Of a stretch of DNA of 64,000 nt, positions 10,529-21,730 are shown in pieces. Source of the DNA: an uncultured Gemmatimonadaceae bacterium (lineage in GTDB: Bacteria > Gemmatimonadota > Gemmatimonadetes > Gemmatimonadales > Gemmatimonadaceae); contig CAWHHI010000003.1 of the NCBI GenBank assembly GCA_963829055.1, positions 1-64,000 on the forward strand. Reading direction: 5' to 3'. Numbering within the stretch: the first letter of the stretch is position 1; every line of letters starts with the position of its first letter. Below the pieces are notes generated by a model, which was not told the origin of the DNA, made no database searches, and saw only the letters and a list, made by a program, of their open reading frames with translations. Position numbers and translations under genes: made by a program.

Positions 10529-13003
10529 ATGTCGCTGACCGCTCAGATCCGCCCGACCCTCCGTCGTCTCGCCCGCGCTCCCGGCTTCACGACGATCTCG
10601 ATTCTCACCCTCGGGCTTGGCATCGCCGGCACGACCGCCGCGTTCAGCGTCGTGAATGCCGTCCTGCTGCGGCCACTGCCCTACCGCGAGCCCGAGCGGC
10701 TCGTGCAACTGTGGCACGCCGCGCCCGGGCTCGGGATGCCGCAGGTCGAGCAGTCCGACGCGTCCTACATCCAGTACCACGACAAGGCGACGCGCTCGTT
10801 CCAGTCCCTCGCCAGCTATCGGACCGAGTCGGCGAACCTCACCGGCGGCCAGGACCCCGAGCGCGTCGCGTCCGCCGCGGTCACCGCGTCGTTCCTTCCC
10901 ACGCTCGGCGTCGTTCCCGCGCTCGGCCGCAACTTCACCGAGGACGAGGACCGGCCCGGCGGCGCCGCGGTCGTCATTCTCTCCAACGCACTCTGGCAGC
11001 GACGGTACGGCGGGGACCGGAACATCATCGGGAAGCCGATCCAGATCGACGGGATCGCCCGAGAAGTCGTCGGCGTCATGCCCGCGACGTTCCACTTTCC
11101 GTACGCGACCACCGAGCTCTGGACGCCGATGGCGATCGACCGCGCGCACCTCAACACCGGCAGCTTCAATCGCAACGCGATCGGGCGGCTTCGGCCAGGC
11201 GTCACGATCAAGGCGGCCGAGGCGGAGATGCAGCCGATTCTCATGCGGTTGCCGGATGACGTGCCCGGCATGATGACGCGCGCCATATTCGAACAGGCGA
11301 AGATCCAGGTCACGCTCCACTCGCTGCGTGACGACGTCATCGGCGACATTCGGCCGATCCTCTTCACCGTGCTCGGCACCGTCGCGTTCGTCCTGCTCAT
11401 CGCCTGCGCGAACGTCGCCAACCTGTTTCTCGTGCGGGCCGAAGCGCGGACGAAGGAAGTGGCGGTGCGCTCCGCGTTAGGTGCGACGCCGCGCGCGATC
11501 GTCAGGCTCTACCTCGGCGAAGGGCTCGTGCTCGCGGCCGCCGGCGCTGCACTCGGCGTCGTGCTGGCGTACGGCGCGCTGAACCTGCTGCTCCGGACCG
11601 CGCCCGAGGGTCTTCCGCGTGCCAGCGAGATCGGCATCGACCTGACGTCGTTAGGCGTCGCCGCCGCCATCGCGGTGATCACCGGCGTGTTCTTCAGCGC
11701 CGTGCCGTTCTTCCGGTCCGGGAAAGCCGAGCTGACGCCCATGCTCCGCGACAGCACGCGCGGATCGACGAGCGGGCGCGAGCGACAGCGTGTGCGCAAC
11801 ACGTTCGTCGTCGCGCAGGTCGCGCTCGCGCTCATCCTGCTCGTGGGCTCCGGGCTGCTCGCGCGATCGTTCCAGCGGATGCGGGCCGTCGACCCGGGGT
11901 TCAAGCCGGCGAACGTGCTGACGCTTCGCCTGTCCATTCCGGAGGCCACGTACCGCACGACGGGTGACATCGCGCGCTTCTACCATCAGCTGACCACTCG
12001 GCTCGCTACGGTGCCCGGCGTACAGTCCGTAGGGACGGTCACAAAACTTCCGCTCTCCGAGGGCGGCGACAATCACAACGGCGCGTGGATCGAAGACCGC
12101 CCGATCACCAAGGACGAGTTGCCGTCGATTCACCTGACGGTGAACGCCTCGCAGGATTACTTCGCATCGATGGGCATTCCCCTCATCGAAGGGCGCACGT
12201 TCCGGGATGATGGAACCGATCGGCCGTCGCACGAGATGATCGTCTCGCGTTCGTTCGCTCGCCAGTATTGGCCTAACGGGAGCGCCATCGGCAAGCGAGT
12301 GAAGAGCGGTGGACCCGAGGCCCCGTGGAGCACGATCGTCGGCGTCGTGGGCGACGTGCACGACGAGGCGCTGACCAAGCCGGCAGAGGAGACCGTCTAC
12401 CAACCGATCGTCACGGTCGTCCAGCCGCAGCCGGGAGCACCGGATTCAATTATTGCCGACAACACGATGTCGCTGACGATCCGGACGTCCGGGGAGGCGA
12501 TGGCAGTCTTCCCGGCGGTGCGGCGGGAGATCTGGGCCATAGATCGCAACCTGCCGCTCGTGAACGTGCGCGCGATGTCGCAGGTGGTCGAATCGGCGAT
12601 GGCGCGCACGACGTTCACGCTGATCATGATCGGCGCGGCGGCGGGCGTGGCGCTGTTGTTAGGCGCCATTGGCATCTACGGCGTGATCAGCTACATGGTC
12701 AGCCTCCGGACGCGCGAGATCGGCGTCCGCATGGCGCTCGGCGCGCAGTCCACGGAGGTACGACGCATGGTGGTGCGTCAGGGACTGGTGCTGGCGGTGA
12801 TCGGCGTCGGCATCGGTCTCGCGGGAGCGCTCGCGCTGTCGCGGCTCATCAGCTCACTGCTCTACGGCATCGCGCCGCACGATCCGCTCACGCTCGGCGT
12901 GGTGACGGTCGGGCTGCTGGCGGTGGCCGCGGTGGCGAGCTGGTTGCCCGCGATGCGGGCGGCGCGGATCGACCCGATCGAGGCGCTGCGAGCCGACGGC
13001 TGA
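10529..13003 (+). CDS. Duplicated (ADOP-type) ABC permease
   Basis: [49 protein letters not shown]. Confidence 0.92.
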   Translation: MSLTAQIRPTLRRLARAPGFTTISILTLGLGIAGTTAAFSVVNAVLLRPLPYREPERLVQLWHAAPGLGMPQVEQSDASYIQYHDKATRSFQSLASYRTESANLTGGQDPERVASAAVTASFLPTLGVVPALGRNFTEDEDRPGGAAVVILSNALWQRRYGGDRNIIGKPIQIDGIAREVVGVMPATFHFPYATTELWTPMAIDRAHLNTGSFNRNAIGRLRPGVTIKAAEAEMQPILMRLPDDVPGMMTRAIFEQAKIQVTLHSLRDDVIGDIRPILFTVLGTVAFVLLIACANVANLFLVRAEARTKEVAVRSALGATPRAIVRLYLGEGLVLAAAGAALGVVLAYGALNLLLRTAPEGLPRASEIGIDLTSLGVAAAIAVITGVFFSAVPFFRSGKAELTPMLRDSTRGSTSGRERQRVRNTFVVAQVALALILLVGSGLLARSFQRMRAVDPGFKPANVLTLRLSIPEATYRTTGDIARFYHQLTTRLATVPGVQSVGTVTKLPLSEGGDNHNGAWIEDRPITKDELPSIHLTVNASQDYFASMGIPLIEGRTFRDDGTDRPSHEMIVSRSFARQYWPNGSAIGKRVKSGGPEAPWSTIVGVVGDVHDEALTKPAEETVYQPIVTVVQPQPGAPDSIIADNTMSLTIRTSGEAMAVFPAVRREIWAIDRNLPLVNVRAMSQVVESAMARTTFTLIMIGAAAGVALLLGAIGIYGVISYMVSLRTREIGVRMALGAQSTEVRRMVVRQGLVLAVIGVGIGLAGALALSRLISSLLYGIAPHDPLTLGVVTVGLLAVAAVASWLPAMRAARIDPIEALRADG

Positions 13004-13004
13004 C

Positions 13005-13118
13005 GTCATTCCGAGCGGAGGCCGAAGGCCGGAGTCGAGGAATCGCGATCATACGGGTAGAGGGCTCTCTACCCTGACGCCAACGATTCCTCGACTCGCT
13101 TCGCTCGCTCGGAATGAC
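13005..13118. repeat. Palindromic REP element, subtype B (GTCATTCCGAGC...GAGTCGAGGAATCG)
   Basis: Inverted arms with inner hairpin TAGAGGGCTCTCTA; closely similar to 34903-35021. Confidence 0.9.
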
Positions 13119-13258
13119 AACGATCGTTCCATCATCACGTTTCATAGGGCAAACCAGCGTTCCACGAAACGGTCCACGCGTGACGCCACGGCTGCGCGCG
13201 TGAGCCCAAGTCTCGGCCACACCGAGCGTTAGCCCGTCACCAGGCGGCGAGTTGGCCG

Positions 13259-13274
13259 CGGCCGTACCGTTGCT
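13259..13274 (+). promoter_or_regulatory. Putative sigma-54 (-24/-12) promoter
   Basis: cGGCcgtaccgTTGCT with correct GG-N10-GC spacing, 60 bp before the ATG at 13334; a sigma-54 activator gene lies nearby. Confidence 0.5.
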
Positions 13275-13333
13275 TCTCCAGGGGTCGATGGCGCCGGCAC
13301 CGGCCGGCCCGCAGACACCAACAGGAGACGCTC

Positions 13334-14479
13334 ATGATGAAGATCCCACGCCTTGCCTTCCTCACGCTCACGCTTGCGGCGTGCGCCGAGGATGCCACCT
13401 CGCCCGCCATGCGGGAACCTGGCGCGGCGTCCCTCTCGAAAGGCGCGTCCGGCAATTCCGTCGGCGCGGTGTTCACGCTCAGCAACCAGGCAGCCGGCAA
13501 CGCGGTCATCGCGTTCAGCCGCTCGTCCGACGGTTCGCTCACGCCAGCGGGTTCGTTCGCGACGCTGGGCAACGGAACGGGCGCCGGACTCGGATCGCAG
13601 GGTGCGCTCGTCCTGAGCGACGACGGCGGTTTCCTGTACGCGGTCAACGCGGCGAGCAACACGATCACGTCGTTCGCGGTTGATGGTGCTTCGCTCACCC
13701 GGATCGGGACCGTTCCATCCGGTGGAACGCTGCCCATCAGCCTGACCACACACGGCAACCTCGTGTACGTGCTCAACGCCGGCGGCACCGAGAACATCAC
13801 GGGCTTCACCGTGTCGGCGTCGGGCGCGCTCGCCATGCTCGCCGGCTCGACTCGCCCGCTCAGCGGCACCGGTGTCATGCCGGCCGAAATCGGTTTCGAT
13901 CCGTCGGGACGCTGGCTCGTCGTCACCGAGAAGGGCACGAATCTCATCGACACGTACGCGGTCGGCGGTAACGGCTATGCGTCCGCTCCAGTCGTCAACC
14001 CATCGGCGGGCATGACGCCGTTCGGATTCGCGTTCAACCAGAAGGGCGTCCTGATCGTTTCCGAGGCATTCGGCGGCGCGGTGAACGCGAGCGCGGTGTC
14101 CTCGTACACGTTAGGCGGCGACGGCAGGCTCAATGTCGTCAGCGCCTCGGTGCCGACCACAGAGACGGCGGCGTGCTGGGTCGCGGTCACGAACAACGGG
14201 AAGTTCGCCTACGCAGCCAATACCGGGAGCGCGTCGGTCACGGGCTTCGACGTGAACAAGGCGAACCTCACGATACTCGACGCCGACGGCCGCACCGGCA
14301 GCACGGGCACCACGCCCATCGACGTCGCCATGAGCCGGAACAGTCAGTTCCTCTATGCGCTCACCGCCGGCTCGCACGCGATCAGCGCATTCGGCGTCCG
14401 GCAGAACGATGGGTCGCTTTCCACGACGCAGGGCGCGGGCGGTCTTCCGGTCGGCACGGTCGGCCTGGCCGCGCAGTAG
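13334..14479 (+). CDS. Lactonase-family (6-phosphogluconolactonase-like) beta-propeller lipoprotein
   Basis: Lipobox TLAAC; LSDDGGFLYAVNAASNTITSF, CWVAVTNNGKFAYAANTGS; AGGAG RBS. Confidence 0.8.
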   Translation: MMKIPRLAFLTLTLAACAEDATSPAMREPGAASLSKGASGNSVGAVFTLSNQAAGNAVIAFSRSSDGSLTPAGSFATLGNGTGAGLGSQGALVLSDDGGFLYAVNAASNTITSFAVDGASLTRIGTVPSGGTLPISLTTHGNLVYVLNAGGTENITGFTVSASGALAMLAGSTRPLSGTGVMPAEIGFDPSGRWLVVTEKGTNLIDTYAVGGNGYASAPVVNPSAGMTPFGFAFNQKGVLIVSEAFGGAVNASAVSSYTLGGDGRLNVVSASVPTTETAACWVAVTNNGKFAYAANTGSASVTGFDVNKANLTILDADGRTGSTGTTPIDVAMSRNSQFLYALTAGSHAISAFGVRQNDGSLSTTQGAGGLPVGTVGLAAQ

Positions 14480-14493
14480 ACGATAGTGGGCCC

Positions 14494-14550
14494 GTCATTC
14501 CGAGCGCAGCCGCCTTCGCTCCGCTCGGAATACCGGCCGCTCGGAATGAC
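14494..14550. repeat. Short/collapsed REP element
   Basis: GTCATTCCGAGCG...CCGCTCGGAAT...CCGCTCGGAATGAC. Confidence 0.8.
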
Positions 14551-14584
14551 TGGATTGTCGGCTCGTCGCGAGTACTGTACTCCC

Positions 14585-16371
14585 ATGCCGCTCACGCTCA
14601 ATCGCGCGTTGCTCGGGGCGATCGGCGCGGCGATCCTGTCCGGCGTGATCCCGGCGGCGATCGTCCTCGATCGCCGCCTCGCGTCCGCCCTCGAGGACCG
14701 CGCGCGTCTCGACCTCGCTCTGGCGCCGCGCGTACTCGCGGATCGGATGTCCGCGAACGCGACGACCTTGATGATGTACGCGAAGGACCTCGCGCACGTC
14801 TCCGGGCTGGCCAACGCCGTTGCAAGCGGAGACCGGCCCACCGCCGTCGTGACGATCGGCGCCGCGAGTGCGACGTACTCCGCCAATCCAGTGCTCGTCG
14901 GCCCGGGCGGCGAGAGCTGGACCGGCCCCGCGGTCGACTCGTCGCTGTTGGCCGAGACGCGCGCCGGACGCATGCCGGTGGTGACGCACCGTATGGGCCG
15001 TACGATCAGCAACATCGCGCTCGCGCCAATCGTGCGTGATGGTAAGTGGGTCGGCGCCGCCGGCGTCACCGTGCCGCTCGACGACCGTGTCGCCGGAACG
15101 CTTTCGGGCCTAACGCGCGCCGGCGTCGTGCTGATCGGCGATAGCATCGGAACGGTCGCCAGCACGCTGGACTCGGCTACCACTCGTGCGTTGACCGCAG
15201 CCATTGTTCGAACACGCATCGACGGCGTGCCCCGCGAGCTCTCAGCGGGTGGCCATCGCGTGATCGCCGTCGCCGCGCGTCTGGACGGTACGGCCACGGC
15301 CGTCTTCATCCGGCAGCTCGACGATGAGCTGGCGGTGCTGCCGGAGCTGCGCCGCGTCGCCACGCTGTCGGCGGTCGCCGCGCTGCTGATCGCATTGACG
15401 TTAGGCACCCTGCTCGCCGCTCGTATCGCGCGGCCAGTACACCAGTTGGCCGCCGCGGCGAATGCATTCGCCGCCGGTCACCTCGACGCCCCCGTTCCCA
15501 CGTCAGGCATTCGCGAAGTCGACCAGGTCGCCGCGACGTTCGACGATATGCGCCGAGCGCTGGCGACACGACTGACGGAGTTGGGCGAGGCGAACGCCGC
15601 GCTCACCGACCGCAACACTCGCCTCACCGCCCTGCAGGCGGATCTGATGCAGCGCGATCGACTCGCGGCGACAGGGCGGCTCGTCGCACAGCTCGCGCAC
15701 GAGATCCGGAATCCTGTCGCGTCACTCCGGAACTGCCTGGAGCTCATTCGGCGGCGCGTGGAAAACGACCCCGAGGCGCGCGAGTTCACCGACCTCGCGA
15801 TCGACGAGTTGCTTCGCATGCACGAGTTGGCGGAGCAGATGCTCGACATCGCGCGACCGCAGGATCCGGGCGTGCGACACTGTCGCCCTGCCATCGTCGC
15901 TCGCGAGGTCGCGCGACTCGCGTCCCTTGGCCCGACGGATGCGGGCGACAACGCTCGTCCGGCGCTGGAGATCGCGGTCCATGGGGACGACGGTGCGGAA
16001 GCCGCGATCGCGCCCGACGCGCTCAAGCAGATTCTCGTGAACGTCCTGCAGAACGCGCGTGACGCCGCGTCACCGGCGGCGGCGAAGGTCGGCATCTCCG
16101 TTCGCGCCGCTGACTCCCGTGTCGCGATCGACATCCGCGATGATGGGCCCGGCATTCCCGCCGACATCACGCGTCGCGTGTTCGACCCATTCTTCACGAC
16201 CAAGGACGCCGTGCACGGCGTCGGACTCGGCTTGTTCGTGGCCGAGGGGCTCGTACGCAGTGCGGGTGGGAGCATTCGAGATCGCAAATGGAGCGATGAA
16301 GCCGCCGTCGTCGCTCGCGGCCTATCGCGGCGCGTGGTTCCATATCGAGCTTTCCTCCACGCTCGTGCTAG
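14585..16371 (+). CDS. HAMP-domain sensor histidine kinase (3' end uncertain, frameshift near 16276)
   Basis: LAHEIRNP H-box, [30 protein letters not shown]. Confidence 0.85.
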
Positions 16372-17705
16372 ACTCCTCGTCGTCGACGACGACCACGCGT
16401 TCCGCGTCTCGACTGCCGCGCTGTTGCGCGCCGACGGCTACGATGTCGACGTCGCGAGTGATGCCAGCGCAGCCGTGCAGGCAATGCGCGCGCAGGCATA
16501 CGATCTCGTGCTGCTGGATCTGCGCATGCCGGGCATCGACGGCATCCAGCTCGTAGAGACGCTGCGCGTGTGGGGCGAGCGCGTGCCCGTGCTGATGATC
16601 AGCGGGTACGGCACCGTCGAAAGCGCGGTGCGCGCAATGCACGTGGGCACGGATGACTTTCTCACGAAGCCCGTCGAGCCGGATGTGTTGAGCGCGCGCG
16701 TGGCCGAGTTGCTCGAGCGTCGCCCGGTCACGACGCGGGACGACGCCGCCGTCGCCGGCATGGTCGGTCGCACTCCCGTGATGCGCGAGCTCTTCGCATC
16801 GCTGCGGCGCGTCGCACCGCAGGACACGACGGTGCTCGTCACCGGCGAGACCGGCACGGGCAAGGAAGTCGTGTCGCGCGCCGTACATCAGCTCTCGCCC
16901 CGTCACGCCGCTCCGTTCATCGCGGTCAACTGCGGCGCGTTCAGCGAAGGGGTGCTCGAGAGCGAGCTGTTCGGCCACGTGAAAGGCGCGTTCACCGGCG
17001 CCGTTCGCGATCGCGCGGGTGTATTCGAGTCCGCGCACGGCGGAACGATCCTGCTCGATGAGGTCGGAGAGATGAGCCTCGCCATGCAGCAGCGGTTGCT
17101 GCGCGTGCTGCAGGAACGCGAGGTCACGCGCGTGGGGTCATCGCGTCCGGTGCGCGTAGACGTACGCATCGTCGCCGCCACAAATCGCGATCTCGGTTCG
17201 GCGGTATCAGCCGGAAGCTTTCGCCAGGACCTGTATTACCGCCTCGCCGTCTTCCCGATCGTGGTCCCTCCGCTCCGTGAGCGGCGCTCGGACATCCCGC
17301 TGCTCGTCGCACACACGCTGCGACGGTCTACGCGATCGTGTGCCGGATAGCAGCGCGCTCGCCTGTTCCGCGTTCGCGCTACGACTCCTGCGCACGCACG
17401 ACTGGCCAGGCAACGTCCGCGAGCTCATGTCGGTCATCGAACGCAGCGCCGTGGACGCTGGGTTCAGTCGCATCGAGGCACAGCACCTTCCGGCCGAGCT
17501 TCGTCGCGCCGCCGACGCCGGCAGCGAATCACGCTACCGAGCAGCCACCTCGGCCGACGAAGAGCGCGAGGCCATCGTCGCCGCGCTCGAACAGACCGGG
17601 GGCGCAGTTACGCGCGCGGCGGAGCTGCTCGGCATGGGACGCACGACGCTGTGGCGGAAGCTCAAGCAGTACGGCTTGATGAATGGCGCGTCGGCAGACG
17701 CGTGA
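16358..17705 (+). CDS. NtrC-family sigma-54 response regulator (start uncertain, frameshift near 17325)
   Basis: LLVVDDD receiver, [22 protein letters not shown], Fis [20 protein letters not shown]. Confidence 0.85.
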
Positions 17706-17742
17706 TCAACATCGGACGCGCGTAATCTCGTGATCCGCGTGA

Positions 17743-18697
17743 TCACCTGTTCCCGTACTCTCGCGGCGGCAGCGTGCGCAGGTACGCGTAGAGCGCGCTG
17801 ATCTCGACGTCGGTCATCTGACGCAGCAGGCGAATCGGCATGTTCGTCGAGTCGATCGCGCTGCCGTCCGGACGACGACCCGTGCGTAACGCACGCGCGA
17901 AGTCGTCGCTCGGTCCACTTGCCGATGCCGGCCGGCGTGATGTTCGCCGCCGGCCCCCACTCCGGCGGCGCACCGGGAATCTTGCCGCCCGAGAATCCGT
18001 CGCCGTGGCACCCCGTGCACCCCGTCGCCAGATACTTCCCGTAGCTCGCCGTCGGCTCCGCGAGCAGGCGCTTCTCGTGCGGTCGCGCGTGGTCGATGTC
18101 CTCGGCCGACAGGATCCTGACCTTGTTGGCGACGTACATGGTGCGCAGCAGCGGACCCGCGTACGACGTCGGTGCGGCATGCCTAACGTTGGGGACGCTT
18201 CGCGCGTAGGCGATGATCGCCGCCAGGTCTTCGTCCGTGAGCGTCGTGAATTCGCCCGCGGGCATGAAGAGCAGCGGCTTGCCGTCACGCTTCACGCCGT
18301 GCCGTACCGCGCGCTCCCAGTCACGTGGCTCGAGCTCGGCGCCACGCCCGCCGAGCGTGAGGTTCGGGCCGGCAAGGCGCCCGATGATCGGCTGATCGAC
18401 GATCGTATTCCCGGCGAGGCCGGCGCCGTGGCATTCCACACACCCGCGCACGGTCGCGACGTGTTCGCCGTGCATGACGCTGGCCGCGTCTTCCGACACT
18501 GCGACCGAGTGTTCCGGGATAGAGAACCGCGCGCGGAATCGACGTTCTGAAAGCCCGTAGACGCTCGCCGCCCCGACGAGCACCACGGCCAGCAACGCGA
18601 GGACTACGCGGCCGAGCCAGCGAAGGATGGCGCGTGAGGTCGTTCGGGGATGCTGGAACGTGGGCGCGGCTTCGCGAGTGAAAGTCGATTCCGTCAT
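17743..18697 (-). CDS. Membrane-anchored diheme cytochrome c (frameshift near 17910)
   Basis: N-terminal TM; CVECH and CTGCH heme motifs; C-terminus in ORF 17743..18288. Confidence 0.85.
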
Positions 18698-18850
18698 ATG
18701 GCTGCTGGCGCGGGTCCGCGCCGGAGAAAGGAGGTGATGTCGAGTGACCGAGCGACGATAGCCGCAATGTCGGAACGGTCGACCCGAGTCGCATGGGTCA
18801 CGTGACCCAATCCTCGCCTCCAATCCGCTTTCCACGCACGACCAGCCCGC

Positions 18851-18880
18851 TTGACACCCGCGTCAGGGTCTGGGCATCAT
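18851..18880 (+). promoter_or_regulatory. Putative sigma-70 promoter of the fae operon
   Basis: TTGACA-18 nt-CATCAT. Confidence 0.45.
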
Positions 18881-19056
18881 GGCAACCCGCCGCGTCGTAC
18901 GCGGCGTCGCTGACAAATGAACCACACGGGCTACCCACCCGGACACTCGCCTGGTGGGACTGCGCACGAGCCGCACTTGCGACCACGCGCCGCTCCGTTC
19001 ACTGGAAAGTCAGACTTGGCAGCGCTGGCTCACCTTTCCACACGGGGGACGTCTCA

Positions 19057-19617
19057 ATGGCAGCGGATTTCTTTCTCGGCGAGTCGCTCGTCGGCGACGG
19101 TAACGAAGTCGCCCACATCGACCTGATCATCGGCTCCAAGTCGGGCCCCGCCGGGACCGCGTTCTGCAACGCGCTCACGAACAACAAGGACGGCTTCACG
19201 ACGCTGCTCGCCGTCGTCGCGCCGAACCTGCCGGCGAAGCCCGACACCATCATGTTCAACAAGGTGACGATCAAGGGCGCCAAGCAGGCCGTGCAGATGT
19301 TCGGGCCGGCTCAGGCGGCGGTCGCGCGCGCGGTGGTGGACTCGGTCGAAGCGGGCATCATCCCGAAGAACAAGGCGGACGACTACTGCATCATGGTCGG
19401 CGTCTTCATTCACTGGGACGCCGCGGATGACCAGAAGATCTTCGACTACAACTACCAGGCGACGAAGGAGTCGATCCAGCGCGCGCTCGGCGGCGAGCCG
19501 AAGGTGGACGACGTCATCACGCGCGCTCGCACGGCGAAGCACCCGTTCGCGAGCAACGCCGAGGACAAGCGCGGGTCCAAGCAGAATGACGGGCGCAAAC
19601 CTCTGACTCACGGCTAG
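19057..19617 (+). CDS. fae: Formaldehyde-activating enzyme
   Basis: [19 protein letters not shown]...[23 protein letters not shown]...GVFIHW. Confidence 0.95.
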   Translation: MAADFFLGESLVGDGNEVAHIDLIIGSKSGPAGTAFCNALTNNKDGFTTLLAVVAPNLPAKPDTIMFNKVTIKGAKQAVQMFGPAQAAVARAVVDSVEAGIIPKNKADDYCIMVGVFIHWDAADDQKIFDYNYQATKESIQRALGGEPKVDDVITRARTAKHPFASNAEDKRGSKQNDGRKPLTHG

Positions 19618-19714
19618 CTGGTTGCTGGGTGCGGGTGCTGGTGGCTGGGTGACGCTGGGTGCGGCAGGTCACTCAGCGTCACCCAGCAACAAGCACGACC
19701 ACCCAGCAACCAGC
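19617..19714. repeat. GCTGGGT-rich long imperfect palindrome, copy 2
   Basis: Same arms as 10346-10454; fills almost the whole fae-mtd spacer. Confidence 0.85.
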
Positions 19715-19724
19715 GCCGTTGTCT

Positions 19725-20630
19725 ATGCGCAAGATCCTTCTGCACCTGGACACCTCGGCTCATCCGAGCGTGTTCGATCGCGTCGTCGCCTATGACGGCG
19801 GCGCGGACGACGTCCTGAGCTACGGCGGCGTTACCGTCGACGCCGTACGCGACCTCGTGCACGGCGCGATCTTCACGCGCGGGCCCAAGGACCTTCACAA
19901 CACCGCGATCTTCATCGGCGGCACCGACATGACCGCCGGCGAGCAACTGCTCGCCGCGGTGCGGAAGACGTTCCTCGGACCACTGAAAGTCTCGGTCATG
20001 CTCGACTCCAACGGGTCGAACACCACCGCGGTCGCCGCCGTCGCGAAGCTCGTGCAGACCACGGGCGATGTGCGTGGTAAGCGCGCCGTCATTACCGCCG
20101 GCACCGGCCCCGTCGGCACGCGGGCGGCGGGTCTGCTCGCGAAGGCCGGCGCTCACGTGACCATCACGTCCCGCCACACCGAGGAAGCGGAGCGCGTGGC
20201 CGGGCAGATCCGCCAGCGGTTCGGCGGGTCGGTCGATCCGGTGGTCGTCACGGACGCGTCGCACGTTGCCGCCGCGTTAGGGGATGCCGAGCTGCTGCTC
20301 AACACCGGACCGGCGGGCGTGCAGCTCGTGCCGCGGGACGCGTGGCGCACCGTGCGCACACTCCGCGTCGTCGCCGACCTCAACGCCGTGCCGCCGTTAG
20401 GCATCGAAGGCGTCAATGTCTCGGACTCCGGCGTCGACCGTGACGGCGTCACGACGTTCGGCGCGCTCGGCGTCGGCAACTTCAAGATGAAGGTGCACAA
20501 GCGCTGCATCGCGAAGCTGTTCGAGCGGAACGACCAGATCCTGGACGCCGAGTCGATCGGGGATGTCGCGCGCGAGCTGGTGCAGGCGGCAGCGTCCGCG
20601 TCGTCACCGGCGGCGTCGAAGCCGGGGTAG
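19725..20630 (+). CDS. mtd: NAD(P)-dependent methylene-H4MPT dehydrogenase (MtdA/MtdC-like)
   Basis: ILLHLDTSAHPSVFDRVVAYDGGAD, GAIFTRG, DSNGSNTTAVAAV, GTGPVG, DLNAVPPLGI. Confidence 0.9.
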   Translation: MRKILLHLDTSAHPSVFDRVVAYDGGADDVLSYGGVTVDAVRDLVHGAIFTRGPKDLHNTAIFIGGTDMTAGEQLLAAVRKTFLGPLKVSVMLDSNGSNTTAVAAVAKLVQTTGDVRGKRAVITAGTGPVGTRAAGLLAKAGAHVTITSRHTEEAERVAGQIRQRFGGSVDPVVVTDASHVAAALGDAELLLNTGPAGVQLVPRDAWRTVRTLRVVADLNAVPPLGIEGVNVSDSGVDRDGVTTFGALGVGNFKMKVHKRCIAKLFERNDQILDAESIGDVARELVQAAASASSPAASKPG

Positions 20631-20634
20631 CGCC

Positions 20635-21730
20635 ATGCCGCGCGTCATCGGGATCGATCCCGGTACTGTCAGCATCGACGTATGCGGGCTCGACGATGGC
20701 CGTCTGTTCTTCGACGAATCGTTCCCCACGCGTGACGCGCTCGCTACCCCGGCGCGCTTCGTCGCGCTGCTCGAGTCGCGCTCGCCCGTCGATCTCATCG
20801 CCGGCCCATCGGGCTACGGGTTGCCGCTGCGTCGCGCGCACGAGCTCACCGACACGGACATTCGCCTCGCGTATCTCTCGGTCGACGGCGAGAAGGGCGG
20901 TATCGGTGGCCTGCGTTCACTGGCACGGGCGCTCGCGGCGTCGGGCCTGCCGGTCGTGTTCACGCCCGGCGTCGTGCATCTCCCGACGGTGCCGGCGTAT
21001 CGCAAAGTGAATCGCGTCGACATGGGGACCGCCGACAAAGTGTGCGCGACGGCGTTGGCGGTGCGGAACCAGGCGCAGCGCCACGGCTGTGCGATCAGCG
21101 ACGTATCGCTCATTCATCTCGAGCTCGGCGGCGCATTCACCGCCGCCGTCGCCGTCGAACGCGGACAGATCGTGGATGGTCTCGGTGGATCGTCGGGGCC
21201 CATCGGCGTCCGGGCAGCGGGCGCACTCGACGGTGAAGTGGCATATCTCGCCGGCACCATCACGAAAGACATGCTGTTCGACGGCGGCGCCGGGACGATC
21301 GCCGGCGAAGAGCAACGCTGACGATGCCTGGCTCGTCGCGCCGGAAACGCCGACGGCGAAGACGGCGTGGTTCGCGTTCATGGAAGGCGTAGTGAAGACC
21401 GTCGCGATGCTGCTCGTGTCCGCACCGAGCGCGCGCGAGGTCGTGCTGTCCGGCCGCGTCGCGGCGATCGAGCGCGTGCAGGTCGATCTCGCGCGTCGCC
21501 TCTCGACGGTCGCGCCGCGCGTTGCCGTTCAGCATCTGCGCGGTTTCGCGAGAACGGCGAAGCAGGGCGCCCAGGGCGCGGCGCTCGTCGCTGACGGTCT
21601 CGCGGGCGGGCACGAGGACGAGCTCGTGAGCACGATGGGTATCCGCCGCGCGTCGGGAACGGTGCTCGACCACCTGGTTCTCATCTCGCCCGCGACAGCG
21701 CGGCACCGACTCGGCATTCGGGATGCCTAA
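20635..21730 (+). CDS. DUF1464 family ASKHA-fold protein (frameshift near 21315)
   Basis: VIGIDPGT, IAGPSGYGLP, RKVNRVDMGTADK, GALDGEVAY, AKQGAQGAALVADGLAGG. Confidence 0.75.

Noticed and set aside
14486..17350. 954-aa HK-receiver-sigma54 fusion ORF
   Set aside because: The HK C-terminus continues in another frame after ~16276, so the join probably results from indels; the regulator's start could not be placed, so a real fusion is not fully excluded
18880..19056. ZTP or THF riboswitch before fae
   Set aside because: The conserved consensus elements could not be matched by eye; kept only as an unassigned structured leader
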